64,000 nucleotides of DNA from Thermodesulfobacteriota bacterium (GCA_963675595.2 CAXXLZ010000002.1:1536001-1600000), one strand, 5' to 3'; shown: positions 1-9,903, numbered from the stretch's first letter. Numbers and translations: made by a program. The notes: generated by a model not told the origin, from the letters alone.

Positions 1-138
1 AAGATCGATCTCGTGATTCTGCTCGCCCACGAGGAGGGTCGTATCGAGCACGCTCTCTTCGGTCGCAGCAACGAGGAGATCATCCGGAAACTGCCTTGCT
101 CGACTCTCCTGGTAAAGCAGGAGCCGGGACCGGCGTAA
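1..138 (+). CDS. 3' end of universal stress protein (UspA family), partial at window edge
   Basis: Frame 1 reads KIDLVILLAHEEGRIEHALFGRSNEEIIRKLPCSTLLVK...TAA, matching the UspA C-terminal pattern (DLVI...LFG...PCS.LLVK). Confidence 0.8.
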   Translation, partial: KIDLVILLAHEEGRIEHALFGRSNEEIIRKLPCSTLLVKQEPGPA

Positions 139-381
139 GCGGCTTCAGCGAACCGACAGTTGGATGGAACCAAGGCGGGGAGCATCTTTCTCCCTCCAAC
201 AAGCACATTGACAAAGGCCGATCACTGCAGGCTGCTGAAAAACGATGAAATGCAAGGCGCGAAAATCCCGAGGAATGAGGAGTACATGGAGTGGTCACAG
301 TGACGAGGGATGAAGCAAAACGCCGCAGATCTCGTTTTTCAACAGCCTGTTAAACATTCTTTCACCTTATGGGTTGATGTC

Positions 382-2898
382 ATGGCAGGCGATCAGGACA
401 CGCGTTCCAATTCCACCGAAACCAATGTCGACGATCTCTCCACGGATCGTTTGTTTCGTGAGCTTTCTTCCGGCAAAGACGGCCTTTCCGGAGAGCAGGC
501 ACAAGAACGGCTCGAACAATACGGCCCCAATGCGCTGGAAGAAAAGCGGGTAAACCCGATTCTCAAATTTCTGGGGTACTTCTGGGGTCCCATACCTTGG
601 ATGATCGAGGCGGCGGCGGTGCTTTCCCTGGTGGTGCGACACTGGACGGATTTCACGATCATCATGGTGATGCTCTGCTTCAACGCCGTGGTGGGTTTCT
701 GGCAGGAGTATCAGGCGTCGGACGCGCTTGCCGCCCTTAAGAAGGAATTGGCCCTCACGGCACGGGTGCGACGCGACGGAAAATGGACCGACGTTCCCGC
801 CCGGGACCTCGTGCCGGGGGACGTGATCCGTCTGAGGGCCGGAGACATCATTCCTGCGGATGCCAGGCTATTTGACGGAGAGTACTTGACCACGGACGAA
901 TCGGCCCTCACCGGCGAGTCTCTGCCCGTGGCCAAACGGGTTGAAGACAAAGTCTACTCCGGTTCGGTGGCCAAACAAGGCGAAATGACCGCTCTGGTCA
1001 CGGGCACGGGTCAGAATACCTTTTTCGGGCGTACGGCCAAACTAGCCGAAAGCGCGGGAGCCGTTTCCCATTTTCAGAAGGCGGTGCTCGGCATCGGGGA
1101 TTACTTGATTTACCTGAGCCTGGGTTTGGCTGCGGTGCTCGTCATTACACAGTTGTTTCGAGGGGATTCTCCCCTGAACGTGCTTCAATTCGTGCTCATC
1201 CTGGTGGTGGCCGCCATTCCGGTGGCCATGCCCGCCGTACTGTCGGTCACCATGGCGATGGGCGCTCTGGCGCTCTCGCGGCGTAAGGCCATTGTATCTC
1301 GCCTGCAATCCATTGAGGAAGTGGCCGGCATCGATGTGCTCTGCTCGGACAAGACGGGTACGTTGACCCAGAATTCCCTGACCTTGGGGGAACCCGTTCC
1401 GTTCGACGCCGACGGGGCGGACGAATTGATCCGTACCGCCGCTCTCGCGTCCAAAGAGGAAAATCGAGACGCCATTGATCATGCGGTGTTTGGAGGCCTG
1501 AAAGACCCTTCCGTCCTCAAATCCTTCACGCAAACCGCTTTCGTGCCTTTCGACCCGGTGAGCAAACGAACCGAAGCCACGGTTACGGAAGGTGAAGATG
1601 AGTTCAAAGTGACCAAAGGCGCACCCCAGGTAATTTTCCAGCTCTGCGATCTGAAAGGCGAAGTGCGGGATAAAGCCTTGAAAACCGTGGACAAGCTCGC
1701 GTCGAAAGGCTTTCGAACATTGGGGGTGGCTCGGTCCGAAAAAGAAGGCGGGAACTGGCGTTTCTTGGGGATCCTGCCGCTGTACGATCCGCCGCGCGAA
1801 GACTCCGCGGAAACCATCAAACGAGCGGAAGAGCACGGCATCCGGGTCAAAATGGTCACCGGCGACAACGTGGCCATCGCCAAGGAAATTTCACAACAAC
1901 TGGGAATGAAGACCAATATCCTGTCCGCGGAAGAAGTTTTCTCCAAAGCCGACGATCCGGACAATTTGAGCGATGCCACCATGACCAAGATTGAAAACGC
2001 CGACGGTTTCGCTCAGGTATTTCCGGAGCATAAGTACGGTATCGTCAAGGTGTTGCAGGATCGAGGCCACCTGGTGGGGATGACCGGAGACGGCGTGAAC
2101 GACGCTCCCGCTCTCAAACAGGCCGAAGTCGGCATCGCCGTCTCCGGGGCGAGCAACGCTTCTCAAGCCGCCGCCTCCCTGGTTCTTGCCGCCCCCGGAT
2201 TGTCGGTCATTATCGAAGCCGTGGAGGAGGCCCGACGGATTTTCGAACGCATGAACAGCTACGCCGTCTACCGCATCACGGAAACCATCCGCATCATGTT
2301 CTTTGTGGTGGCCGCCATGGTGGTGTTCAACTTCTACCCGATCACCACGGTCATGATCATTCTGTTGGCGCTTCTCAACGACCTGCCCATTATGAGCATC
2401 GCCAAGGACAACACCTGGCTTGACCAGGACCCGGTTCGTTGGAACATACGCCGGGTTCTTACGGTGGCGACCGTGCTCGGACTCATCGGGGTCGTGGAGA
2501 CCTTCGGGTTGCTGCTCATCGCAAAAATGTGGCTGACCTTGAGTCTTGGGCAGCTTCAATCCCTGATCTATCTGAAGCTAGCCGTAGCGGGACATCTGAC
2601 CTTGTTTGTCGTTCGTTCGAAGAAACCGTTCTTTCGAAAGCCGTACCCCGCGCCCGTGCTTTTCACCGCCATCGTGGGCACACAGTTGGCCGCCGCCGCC
2701 ATCGTGGGCTTTGGAATCTTCATACCCAAGATTCCCTGGTCGTACATCGGTCTGATCTGGGGGTATTGTCTCGTCTGGGCCCTCATCGAGGACATTGTGA
2801 AGGTGTGCCTCTATGACCATCTGGAGCTGAAGGGAAAGCGACACCAAAATTTTGTCAAGCGCGTCCGGGGTTCGTTGCACCATCCGTTTTCCGTCTAG
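382..2898 (+). CDS. plasma-membrane proton-efflux P-type ATPase (P3A type)
   Basis: FWGPIPWMIEAAA, TGES, CSDKTGTLT, KGAPQ, MVTGD, GDGVNDAPALK, YRI and LLNDLPIM motifs. ATG 382 preferred to the ORF-track start at 310. Confidence 0.92.
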   Translation: MAGDQDTRSNSTETNVDDLSTDRLFRELSSGKDGLSGEQAQERLEQYGPNALEEKRVNPILKFLGYFWGPIPWMIEAAAVLSLVVRHWTDFTIIMVMLCFNAVVGFWQEYQASDALAALKKELALTARVRRDGKWTDVPARDLVPGDVIRLRAGDIIPADARLFDGEYLTTDESALTGESLPVAKRVEDKVYSGSVAKQGEMTALVTGTGQNTFFGRTAKLAESAGAVSHFQKAVLGIGDYLIYLSLGLAAVLVITQLFRGDSPLNVLQFVLILVVAAIPVAMPAVLSVTMAMGALALSRRKAIVSRLQSIEEVAGIDVLCSDKTGTLTQNSLTLGEPVPFDADGADELIRTAALASKEENRDAIDHAVFGGLKDPSVLKSFTQTAFVPFDPVSKRTEATVTEGEDEFKVTKGAPQVIFQLCDLKGEVRDKALKTVDKLASKGFRTLGVARSEKEGGNWRFLGILPLYDPPREDSAETIKRAEEHGIRVKMVTGDNVAIAKEISQQLGMKTNILSAEEVFSKADDPDNLSDATMTKIENADGFAQVFPEHKYGIVKVLQDRGHLVGMTGDGVNDAPALKQAEVGIAVSGASNASQAAASLVLAAPGLSVIIEAVEEARRIFERMNSYAVYRITETIRIMFFVVAAMVVFNFYPITTVMIILLALLNDLPIMSIAKDNTWLDQDPVRWNIRRVLTVATVLGLIGVVETFGLLLIAKMWLTLSLGQLQSLIYLKLAVAGHLTLFVVRSKKPFFRKPYPAPVLFTAIVGTQLAAAAIVGFGIFIPKIPWSYIGLIWGYCLVWALIEDIVKVCLYDHLELKGKRHQNFVKRVRGSLHHPFSV

Positions 2899-2925
2899 TC
2901 GAGCGCTTCGAGGAGACTTATTTTC

Positions 2926-3016
2926 GCCTCGGCCCCTCCGTCGAAGGCGGTGAAGCCTGTTTGAGATGTTTTGTCGGGGTGGCACGGGGGGGATTTTTAG
3001 AAGTCCCCCCCGTGAA
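2926..3016 (+). repeat. dispersed ~90 bp palindromic repeat (copy A), may double as terminator
   Basis: gcctcggcccctccgtcgaaggcggtgaagcctg...cacgggggggatttttagaagtcccccccgtgaa; aligns with the reverse complement of 11892-11982 and partly with 5502-5532. Confidence 0.75.
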
Positions 3017-3446
3017 TGCCTACGAATAATCCCCTCCTGAATGCCCGTGCTCCATGCATGTCGCCGTGGGTCAGGGAATGCACCGGTTCCACCATACGTC
3101 CCGGCGGGTTCACCCCGACCGGACGCGCCGCCGAGTTCCGCCGGCCGACGCTGAGCCCCGTCCGGAAGCCTTGCCGATCGGCCTGAAACGGCTTGATCGA
3201 ACGTATGCTTGTGGACGAAAGATCCGGATGAGCCAACAGGCTCTTTTCAACGGGCTGCCGACGATAACCCGTCACACGGCATGAAAAGATCGAGATGTCG
3301 GAGATTGATCTCACGGAAAAGATGAGACGAATGCGTCGAAAACGAAACCAATGAAGTCGCAAAAGTAAGACTATAGATATGTAGTTGGTTGCAAAAAGAA
3401 CCTTCCCTGTAATATGCGGCCTCTCCCTCCTTCCTTAACCTTAACT

Positions 3447-3459
3447 TAACCTATTGATA
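3447..3459 (-). promoter_or_regulatory. IHF-binding site
   Basis: Reverse complement TATCAA-TAGG-TTA is an exact WATCAA-N4-TTR match, about 40 bp upstream of a sigma54 promoter. Confidence 0.65.
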
Positions 3460-3498
3460 AATCATCATTTCCCATCGTCTTGCACTGTCATATGCGCA

Positions 3499-3513
3499 TG
3501 GCACGTATCTTGC
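3499..3513 (+). promoter_or_regulatory. sigma54 (-24/-12) promoter
   Basis: TGGCACG-TATC-TTGC is an exact consensus match, 28 bp upstream of ATG 3542. Confidence 0.8.
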
Positions 3514-3541
3514 CCATCCACACTGTATCGTGACGTAGGCG

Positions 3542-3880
3542 ATGAAAGCGGTTTCGACCGTCTGGAAGAACCGGAAATCTCCTGTCGCAGACCCGGACGG
3601 ACCCTTACGCCTGACCGGCAAACGCTGGAAGACGGTGGAAACGAGACCGAAATTCAACGGGGAACACATTAGACGGGCTGCGTTCGAAACGCACGCCTGC
3701 GCCGCCGTTATGGGGTGCGGGCCTTTTGCCGCAGAAAGGTTCATCGGCAAGAGAGCCCCGAGGGACTCCTGGAAATCACGGGAGAGACCAGCCTGGAGAC
3801 CGTGGGGAATTTCCTGAAGGAAGAAGCCCTTTGCGCCTTTCCTGCCGCGGAGAGGCTTCGGGACGCCCTCCACGACTTCA
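3542..3880 (+). pseudogene. degenerate NifB/NifX-family (FeMo-cofactor-binding-like) gene
   Basis: MKAVSTVWKNRKSPVAD resembles the family start MK.A..VW..RI.PVFD; AVMGCG follows; the similarity then shifts frame (ITGETSLETVGNFL). End coordinate approximate. Confidence 0.45.
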
Positions 3881-3914
3881 TGCCGCATCAAAACACCGGA
3901 ACGGGAGAAATGAT

Positions 3915-4511
3915 ATGTCGAACACCAGGAAGAAAATAGCTGTGAGTGCCGGCGGACCCACACTCGACGATACGATTGAACCACGATTTGGGCGGTGTCC
4001 ATACTTTTTGATCATTGATTCGGACAGCCTGGATTTCGAAGCCGTGGGAAACCCGAACATCACGCTGGGAGGCGGTGCCGGCATTCAGTCGGCCCAGCTC
4101 ATGGCGAACAAAGGGGTTTCGGTCGTTCTGACCGGCAATTGCGGCCCCAACGCCTTCAAAGTCTTCGGAGCTGCGGGAATCCAGCTGATAACAGGTGTGA
4201 GCGGGCAAGTCCGACAGGCGGTTGAGCGTTTCAAGGCGGGAGAGCTTGCACCCACATCGAGCCCCAACGTGGAGAGCCATTTCGGGATGGGCGGGGGCAT
4301 GGGCCGTGGCATGGGCGGAGGCATGGGCCGTGGGATGGGCGGAGGCATGGGCCGTGGGAGATTTTCGGCCGGCGGCGGAATGGCCGATCAGCCCGCCACC
4401 GGCTCTTCATCCCGAGAGGACGAGATTACACGTCTCAGACAACAGGCGGACCAAATGCGGAGGCAAGTTGAGTCCATCGAATCAAAACTCAAGGAAATCG
4501 AGGACAAATAG
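3915..4511 (+). CDS. NifB/NifX-family protein with Gly/Met/Arg repeat and DUF5320-like coiled-coil tail
   Basis: KIAVS...RFGRCPYFLI...GGAGIQSAQ...LTGNCGPNAF; GGAGA RBS precedes ATG 3915. Confidence 0.88.
   Translation: MSNTRKKIAVSAGGPTLDDTIEPRFGRCPYFLIIDSDSLDFEAVGNPNITLGGGAGIQSAQLMANKGVSVVLTGNCGPNAFKVFGAAGIQLITGVSGQVRQAVERFKAGELAPTSSPNVESHFGMGGGMGRGMGGGMGRGMGGGMGRGRFSAGGGMADQPATGSSSREDEITRLRQQADQMRRQVESIESKLKEIEDK
4287..4358 (+). repeat. intragenic 24-bp tandem repeat x3 (MGGGMGRG)
   Basis: atgggcggRggcatgggccgtggS repeated three times. Confidence 0.9.
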
Positions 4512-4528
4512 AGAGTGAGGAATGCGGA

Positions 4529-5035
4529 ATGGCCGACGGATTCGATGAATTTGCAAAAACACTACAGCAGCGGATCTATGAAGAGACAAGGGAGGCGTAT
4601 GGGCGCAAGGCTTTCGAAAGATGGCGGAGGCCTCTATACGTCGGAGCGATGCTCAATCCGGAAGGATATGGCCGTGTCAAGGGAACATGCGGCGATACGA
4701 TGGAAATTTTCCTGAGATTTGAGAGTGACAGGGTGAAGGAGGCGACATTTCAGACCGATGGATGCGGGTCCAGCACGGTTTGCGGTTCTTTCGCAGCCGA
4801 GCTTGCCCACGGCGGGACTCCCGACGAGGTTGCCGAGATTACGGGCGAAATGATCCTCGAAGTCCTTGGCGGTCTACCCGAGGAGGAGCGGCACTGCGCC
4901 TTTCTCGCCGCGGAAACGCTTCAGGTCGCCCTTGACGACTATATGAGGAAACAGCGTGAGGCAGCGAATCCCGGCACGAAAGACAACTCAAGAAAAGAGA
5001 CATGCATCGAGCCGATCAGGAACGACCCATCATGA
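4529..5035 (+). CDS. IscU/NifU-N-type iron-sulfur cluster scaffold protein
   Basis: Three conserved Cys in GTCGD, DGCG and HCA motifs. Confidence 0.88.
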   Translation: MADGFDEFAKTLQQRIYEETREAYGRKAFERWRRPLYVGAMLNPEGYGRVKGTCGDTMEIFLRFESDRVKEATFQTDGCGSSTVCGSFAAELAHGGTPDEVAEITGEMILEVLGGLPEEERHCAFLAAETLQVALDDYMRKQREAANPGTKDNSRKETCIEPIRNDPS

Positions 5036-5400
5036 TAAGCACAGCCGACGGTAAAGGAGCGGAGAAAGGCTGCGGCGAAGCGGTCGCCGATACGGCTCCG
5101 TCGGTCAAAGCCACTGTTCGCGCCCGGAATGCGATATAGAGAACCCCACGCCCCAAGTTCACATTGCAGAATGCATTCTTCTTGGGGAAGTAAAATGAAA
5201 TCCGCCGGCACAAGCCGATGCAATGGGTGCTGAAACCGTTGCCGGGCGATACTCGATTCGCCGCGCACTGGATTGATCCTCAGGGTGTGGTGCCGGGAAA
5301 CCCACCGGAACCGGCCATCTGCGAATCGAGGTGTATGCGCTCTCGGAAACCTGGCCGGAGGTGCCGGAGCACGTTGAAAACGGCTTGAAAAAGATACCGG
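5032..5400 (+). pseudogene. possible heavily eroded P-loop ATPase with 4Fe-4S domain
   Basis: ATGA-coupled MISTADGKGAEK resembles ISxASGKGGTGK; fragments CNGC, SGCGA and PEPAICE occur in mixed frames. Weak. Confidence 0.3.
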
Positions 5401-5501
5401 CCTTGGGCCCCCCGGCGTGCGACGAGCGCGAAGAGGAGCGCTTCCTTGACGATTCAGGCGAGTGAACGAACGCCGGCACCTTATGAGAAGGCTTGTTTTT
5501 C

Positions 5502-5532
5502 CCTCGGCCTCTCCGCCGAAGGCGGCGAGGCT
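5502..5532 (+). repeat. partial copy (B) of dispersed repeat
   Basis: cctcggcctctccgccgaaggcggcgaggct is near-identical to 2927-2957 and to the reverse complement of 11951-11981. Confidence 0.75.
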
Positions 5533-5554
5533 TCCGAATGTTACGGAACGGAGG

Positions 5555-6568
5555 TCATGATCGGTTCCAACGCCCCTTCGTCCGCCGTGTGCGCAGGGAA
5601 TAGACCGCGACACCCATCAGGCTGAGCACAAACAGGAGTTGCCCCCATTGAGACAACGTTGGAACTTCCTGCAGTGACAACAGCGTCCGCGGGCTCAACT
5701 GGATGACGACATTATCGAAGTAGTAACCCTTGCCGCTGTTCCCCGGGACGCCGCTCTGTCCGGAACTGAACACAAGGGTTTGTACCGGCACGCCAAACGG
5801 GTATGAAGTGGGATCTGCGGCCCGGAAGTAGTCTTCCCAAGTGGTACCGAGATGGATCAACTCGCCGTTGAGGTAGATCTTCACCACATCGTTACCGGGA
5901 CCGTCATAGAAATAAACGTCCAAAACCACATTATGCCAAGCCGTATAACTCAATCCGGCGGCAATGGTTATGGGGCCCACGAACCCCCCGGCGGCATCGA
6001 TATCGTAAGTCACCACGTCGATCCCGGTCCCGGAATCGACCAACTGTACATAGCCCATTCGTCCGCCGGCGCCGTTATCAGGACTTACGGAAACGGATAG
6101 ATCCTCTTGAGGGGCTCCGGTGGCGGACCGAAAATCAAAACTTGCAATAAAACGCCTATACTTGGCGGTCGTACTGGATTCGCCCGCAAACAATTCCGGC
6201 CGACCCAACACGGGGTTCGTGCTCGTATCAGCAGGGTAGTTGGGTATCCCCGCGTTTCTCGGCGCAAAGGGCATATCGTTCACACTTCCACTGCCGACCG
6301 CATTGGAGAACCGCCACACGTAGTTGCCGTCGCCGTAAAGGGTTACTTCTTCGTCCACCGTCACACTGGGAGGGGGAATCATTCCGATGCCCCAGCCGCC
6401 CTGTCCCTCCACGCTGACGCCGGTTGTAAACCCGGTAAAATCCGTCTGGCTGAGCAGCACTTTCCCTTCCGCGAAAACGGGCGGACTTGTTGCGACGAGA
6501 ACGACGAAAGCAACGACCAAGCCGAGTAACACGGCCTTGGCTCTGAGGATTCCCGCACCTTCTTTCAT
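5555..6568 (-). CDS. secreted protein with IPTL-CTERM sorting signal
   Basis: N-terminal signal peptide; C-terminal VPTLSQWG, hydrophobic helix, then basic RTRR; AGGAGGAG RBS. Confidence 0.85.
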   Translation of the reverse strand: MKEGAGILRAKAVLLGLVVAFVVLVATSPPVFAEGKVLLSQTDFTGFTTGVSVEGQGGWGIGMIPPPSVTVDEEVTLYGDGNYVWRFSNAVGSGSVNDMPFAPRNAGIPNYPADTSTNPVLGRPELFAGESSTTAKYRRFIASFDFRSATGAPQEDLSVSVSPDNGAGGRMGYVQLVDSGTGIDVVTYDIDAAGGFVGPITIAAGLSYTAWHNVVLDVYFYDGPGNDVVKIYLNGELIHLGTTWEDYFRAADPTSYPFGVPVQTLVFSSGQSGVPGNSGKGYYFDNVVIQLSPRTLLSLQEVPTLSQWGQLLFVLSLMGVAVYSLRTRRTKGRWNRS

Positions 6569-6689
6569 GATCGATTCTCCTCCTCTTCTTTGTGAGATTT
6601 GGTCGGCAGACTACAGACGGAAAGGGTCACGATAACCCTATACCCGGATGATGCGACGACTTTCTTAAACGTGAGCATTCAGAGGGATA

Positions 6690-6728
6690 TCCGAGGGAAC
6701 CCTTTTTGAAAAAAGGGGTTCCCTCGGA
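6690..6728. repeat. REP-like palindrome
   Basis: tccgagggaaccctttttgaaaaaaggggttccctcgga; a related hairpin lies at 13451-13484. Confidence 0.7.
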
Positions 6729-7136
6729 CTCCTTCAGAAAAACATTTGGCGTTCCAATAGGTTGGACGGAAATTGCTCCTCGTTTCGTGAATCGCGAAGG
6801 GGGGGTCCGGGAGGGGAGGCCATGGGTCCACCGGCAGGGTGTACGGGGGGACGGCGTTCCCTTGAGTCACACTCCGTGAATTGGTGCCTTTAAACAAAGG
6901 CTTCGCATGCTTCTTTCGATGTTCCCGCATTGGCGTGAAAGGTACTTGAAGCCGCTCAAAGCCCTTCTCCGATGCGACCTCAACCTTGTTTGGAGCCCCT
7001 TCCCCATGTTTATCAAAAATATTTCATTGGTCGGGATGCTGCAAGTATTTTTCCAGTGATTCTCGGGGCTGTGTTTTGGACGTCGTTAAGGAGCCATACC
7101 GTGTGGAGGGCGCGCCTATCCGTAGGACGTTTACCA

Positions 7137-8063
7137 TCATTTCACAAAGTTCTTGAAATCGAATACGTCCAAATAATGGCCCGCGTAGGCTCGAACTTCG
7201 CCCTTTTCAGCGTCGCTCAATTCATTGGCGGTATCCAGGTTTGCTTGCGAAGTCGCCTTTCGGATCGTCCCCCATGGGTAAACTTGTTCAAGCTCGGCGC
7301 CGTTCCACGTCGGTGTTTTCAAGGTATCCGACACGTCCAAAGACAGTTTTCGGCAGATTTCTCCCAGTGTTGTCCTCGAATCGCCGACGACATCTTCCAT
7401 CCGAACCATATGAAGCCGCTCAGGGTACAATTCTTTGAACAATAGGGCGTGATATTGGTTGGTCGCCCAAGCCCGCATATAGTCTTGCAGAGACATGGGA
7501 ACCGGGCGTTTCTTGGTGTCGGCATACGCCGACCACGGATTTCGCACAACATGAAGAACATGGGCCTGAGGCAGATCGTTCAGGATTTTGTCGGCGTCGA
7601 CCACCACAATGGGACTGTACCCGACATAAACAGCTTCATCGCCGCTGTGATGATAGTCTTTCCAGGCATCAAAAGTCGCTCTGAAGAACGCGGCGACATT
7701 ATTCGCTCGGGATCGCCCGGACGCTTCGATATAATCTACATAAAAAGCCTTGCGTTCATCATCGGAGAAATCAAAGGATACATGCCGGAATTTACTAACC
7801 CCGGGCGTACGTGCACGGACCTTACATTCTTCATCGATCATGGCATGGTAATCTTGCCGGGGAGTCGCATCCAGGGCAAATTTCGGCCATCGGTACTTCA
7901 CCGGGAACATGGATGCCATCGAATCAACAACCAGATGAGTACCCAGTTGTGATTCAAAAGGGTACACGAATAGTTGAGGGTGACCGTCAAAGAAACGCTG
8001 AACGACATTACCGCCGTTTTCGTACATCGCACTGATCATCAGAAATCGAAAATCATCGTTCAT
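7137..8063 (-). CDS. sulfotransferase-family protein
   Basis: MISAMYENGGN...FDGHPQL (5'-PSB-like) and HVVRNPWSAY (3'-PB-like). True ATG is 8063; the ORF-track extension runs into IS1634. Confidence 0.75.
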   Translation of the reverse strand: MNDDFRFLMISAMYENGGNVVQRFFDGHPQLFVYPFESQLGTHLVVDSMASMFPVKYRWPKFALDATPRQDYHAMIDEECKVRARTPGVSKFRHVSFDFSDDERKAFYVDYIEASGRSRANNVAAFFRATFDAWKDYHHSGDEAVYVGYSPIVVVDADKILNDLPQAHVLHVVRNPWSAYADTKKRPVPMSLQDYMRAWATNQYHALLFKELYPERLHMVRMEDVVGDSRTTLGEICRKLSLDVSDTLKTPTWNGAELEQVYPWGTIRKATSQANLDTANELSDAEKGEVRAYAGHYLDVFDFKNFVK

Positions 8064-8072
8064 AAATTCAAA

Positions 8073-9903
8073 CTCATCTTTGACAGTTGGAGGGTGAAAA
8101 AGTGGGCCTCTCCCGCCTAACTTACCGAAATGATTAGGCTGGCCTTTTTCCGAGGCTCCAAACGTAGTGCCAATATGTCCGATTTTTTCCTTGACTCCGC
8201 CGACCTGTATTCCGTACAATTTGTTTCATGTTTGCACGCGTCAAAAAGGTCAAAAGCGGCGGATCCGAGCATGAATATCTTCAGATCGTGGAGAACTATC
8301 GCCAGGATAAGAAGGTAAAACAGAAAGTTATATGCACGCTGGGCCGTCTCGACAGGCTCCGTGAATCGGGTGCCTTGGACGGAGTTCTTACCAGTCTCGC
8401 CAAGTTCTCCACCCAGAATCAGGTCATCAGTCTCTATAAGGAAGGTAGTGTCAAGGCGGACTGGGCCAAGTCCTGGGGAACCGTTTTGGTGATCGAGAAA
8501 CTCTGGAAGACCTTGGGGCTCGATGTGGTACTCCGATCTCTCGCTTCTCGCTCCGATTATCGCTTCGATCTAGAGCGCGCGGTCTTTGCCTGCGTCTGCC
8601 AACGCTTGGTCCGTCCGGGATCCGATCTCGCCGCGAGCCGTTGGATTCAGAACGTCCACGGTGAAGGCTTCGACGACCTGGAGCTTCAGCACCTTTATCG
8701 ATCCATGGACTTCCTGGCCGAGTATCAGCCCGAAATCGAAAAGGAACTTTTCCGTCGGGGCCGCGACCTCTTCGATTACGGGGTGGATCTCGTTTTCTTC
8801 GACACCACCTCGGTCTACTTCGAGGGCCGGGGGCCGGCCGAGTTGGCTCGATACGGGTTCTCCAAGGACCATCGTCCCGATCGGAAACAGGTGTTGGTGG
8901 GCGTCGTCATGTCCCGAAAGGGATATCCCCTTTCCTGTCAATTTTGGGAGGGCAACACGGCGGACGTTACCACCATCAAGCGCATCATCGCCCTGGTCAA
9001 GCGTCGGTTCTCCCTGAACAACGTGGTCCTGGTCTCCGACCGCGGTATGGTCGGCGTCGACAATCTGGTGGAACTGGAGCGTGCCGGTATCGACTACATC
9101 GTGGGCATCCCCATGCGCCGTTACCAGGATGTCCGAGGCCAAGTGGTGGACACTCCGGGCTACTACCAAGCGCTCACTCCCACCTTGTGGTTCAAGGAGA
9201 TTCATCTGAACGGATGCCGTTACGTCCTCTGCTACAACCAAGACCAAGCAGCCAAAGACGAGGCCACCCGATCGGCCCTTGTGGAAAAGTTGAAAACCAC
9301 CCTGAAAAAACAGGGGCCCCAGTCTCTGGTGGGAAACAAGGGCTTCAGGAAATTCATCAAACTCGACCGGGAAACCGTGCGCATCGATCCCGCCAAGGTC
9401 AAGGACGACGCCCGCTTCGACGGCAAGTATGTTCTCCTCACCAGTACCGACATTCCCGCCGATGAAGTCGCGGTCACCTACAAGCGACTGTGGCAGGTGG
9501 AAAGAGCCTTCCGGGACCTCAAATCCGCCCTGGAAGTCAGGCCCGTGTTCCATCAACGGTGTCAACGCGTTCAAGGTCACATTTTCTGCAACTTCCTGGC
9601 CCTATACCTGAAGATCGCGCTGCAGAAACAGCTCAAAACCAAAGAAATCGACATCCCTTGGGACCAGGTTCTGCTCGACCTCGACGCCTTCAAAGCCATC
9701 CATCTACAGGTCGCAGAAAAATCCTACCTCCTCAGAACGGAATTCCAAGGCGACGCCTACCGCATCTTCCAAGCCGTTGGCCTCAAACCGCCGCCCACTT
9801 TACAGACTCTCCAGGAGCACCAAAACGTAGTGCCATAAACCTTTCTTTTTCGTATAAGCAGCTGAAATTACTGCATTAGTTATTTTGAACTGTCAAAGAT
9901 CAG
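8073..9903 (+). mobile_element. IS1634-family element, copy 1 (1831 bp)
   Basis: TIRs CTCATCTTTGACAGTT / AACTGTCAAAGATCAG; 5-bp TSD TCAAA at 8068-8072 and 9904-9908. Confidence 0.92.
8228..9838 (+). CDS. IS1634-family DDE transposase
   Basis: FFDTTSVYFEG, GFSKDHRPD, VSDRGM and YKRLWQVERAFRDLKS motifs. Confidence 0.93.
   Translation: MFARVKKVKSGGSEHEYLQIVENYRQDKKVKQKVICTLGRLDRLRESGALDGVLTSLAKFSTQNQVISLYKEGSVKADWAKSWGTVLVIEKLWKTLGLDVVLRSLASRSDYRFDLERAVFACVCQRLVRPGSDLAASRWIQNVHGEGFDDLELQHLYRSMDFLAEYQPEIEKELFRRGRDLFDYGVDLVFFDTTSVYFEGRGPAELARYGFSKDHRPDRKQVLVGVVMSRKGYPLSCQFWEGNTADVTTIKRIIALVKRRFSLNNVVLVSDRGMVGVDNLVELERAGIDYIVGIPMRRYQDVRGQVVDTPGYYQALTPTLWFKEIHLNGCRYVLCYNQDQAAKDEATRSALVEKLKTTLKKQGPQSLVGNKGFRKFIKLDRETVRIDPAKVKDDARFDGKYVLLTSTDIPADEVAVTYKRLWQVERAFRDLKSALEVRPVFHQRCQRVQGHIFCNFLALYLKIALQKQLKTKEIDIPWDQVLLDLDAFKAIHLQVAEKSYLLRTEFQGDAYRIFQAVGLKPPPTLQTLQEHQNVVP

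Noticed and set aside
3726-3914. Extended N-terminus of the NifX-family ORF
   Set aside because: Homology and RBS begin at ATG 3915; the upstream part overlaps the degenerate paralogue.
3542-5035. Nitrogen fixation cluster
   Set aside because: Only NifX-like and IscU-like domains; no nifHDK or nifEN.
8064-8219. N-terminal extension of the sulfotransferase in the ORF track
   Set aside because: Derived from the IS1634 left end; the same peptide appears at 28311-28505.
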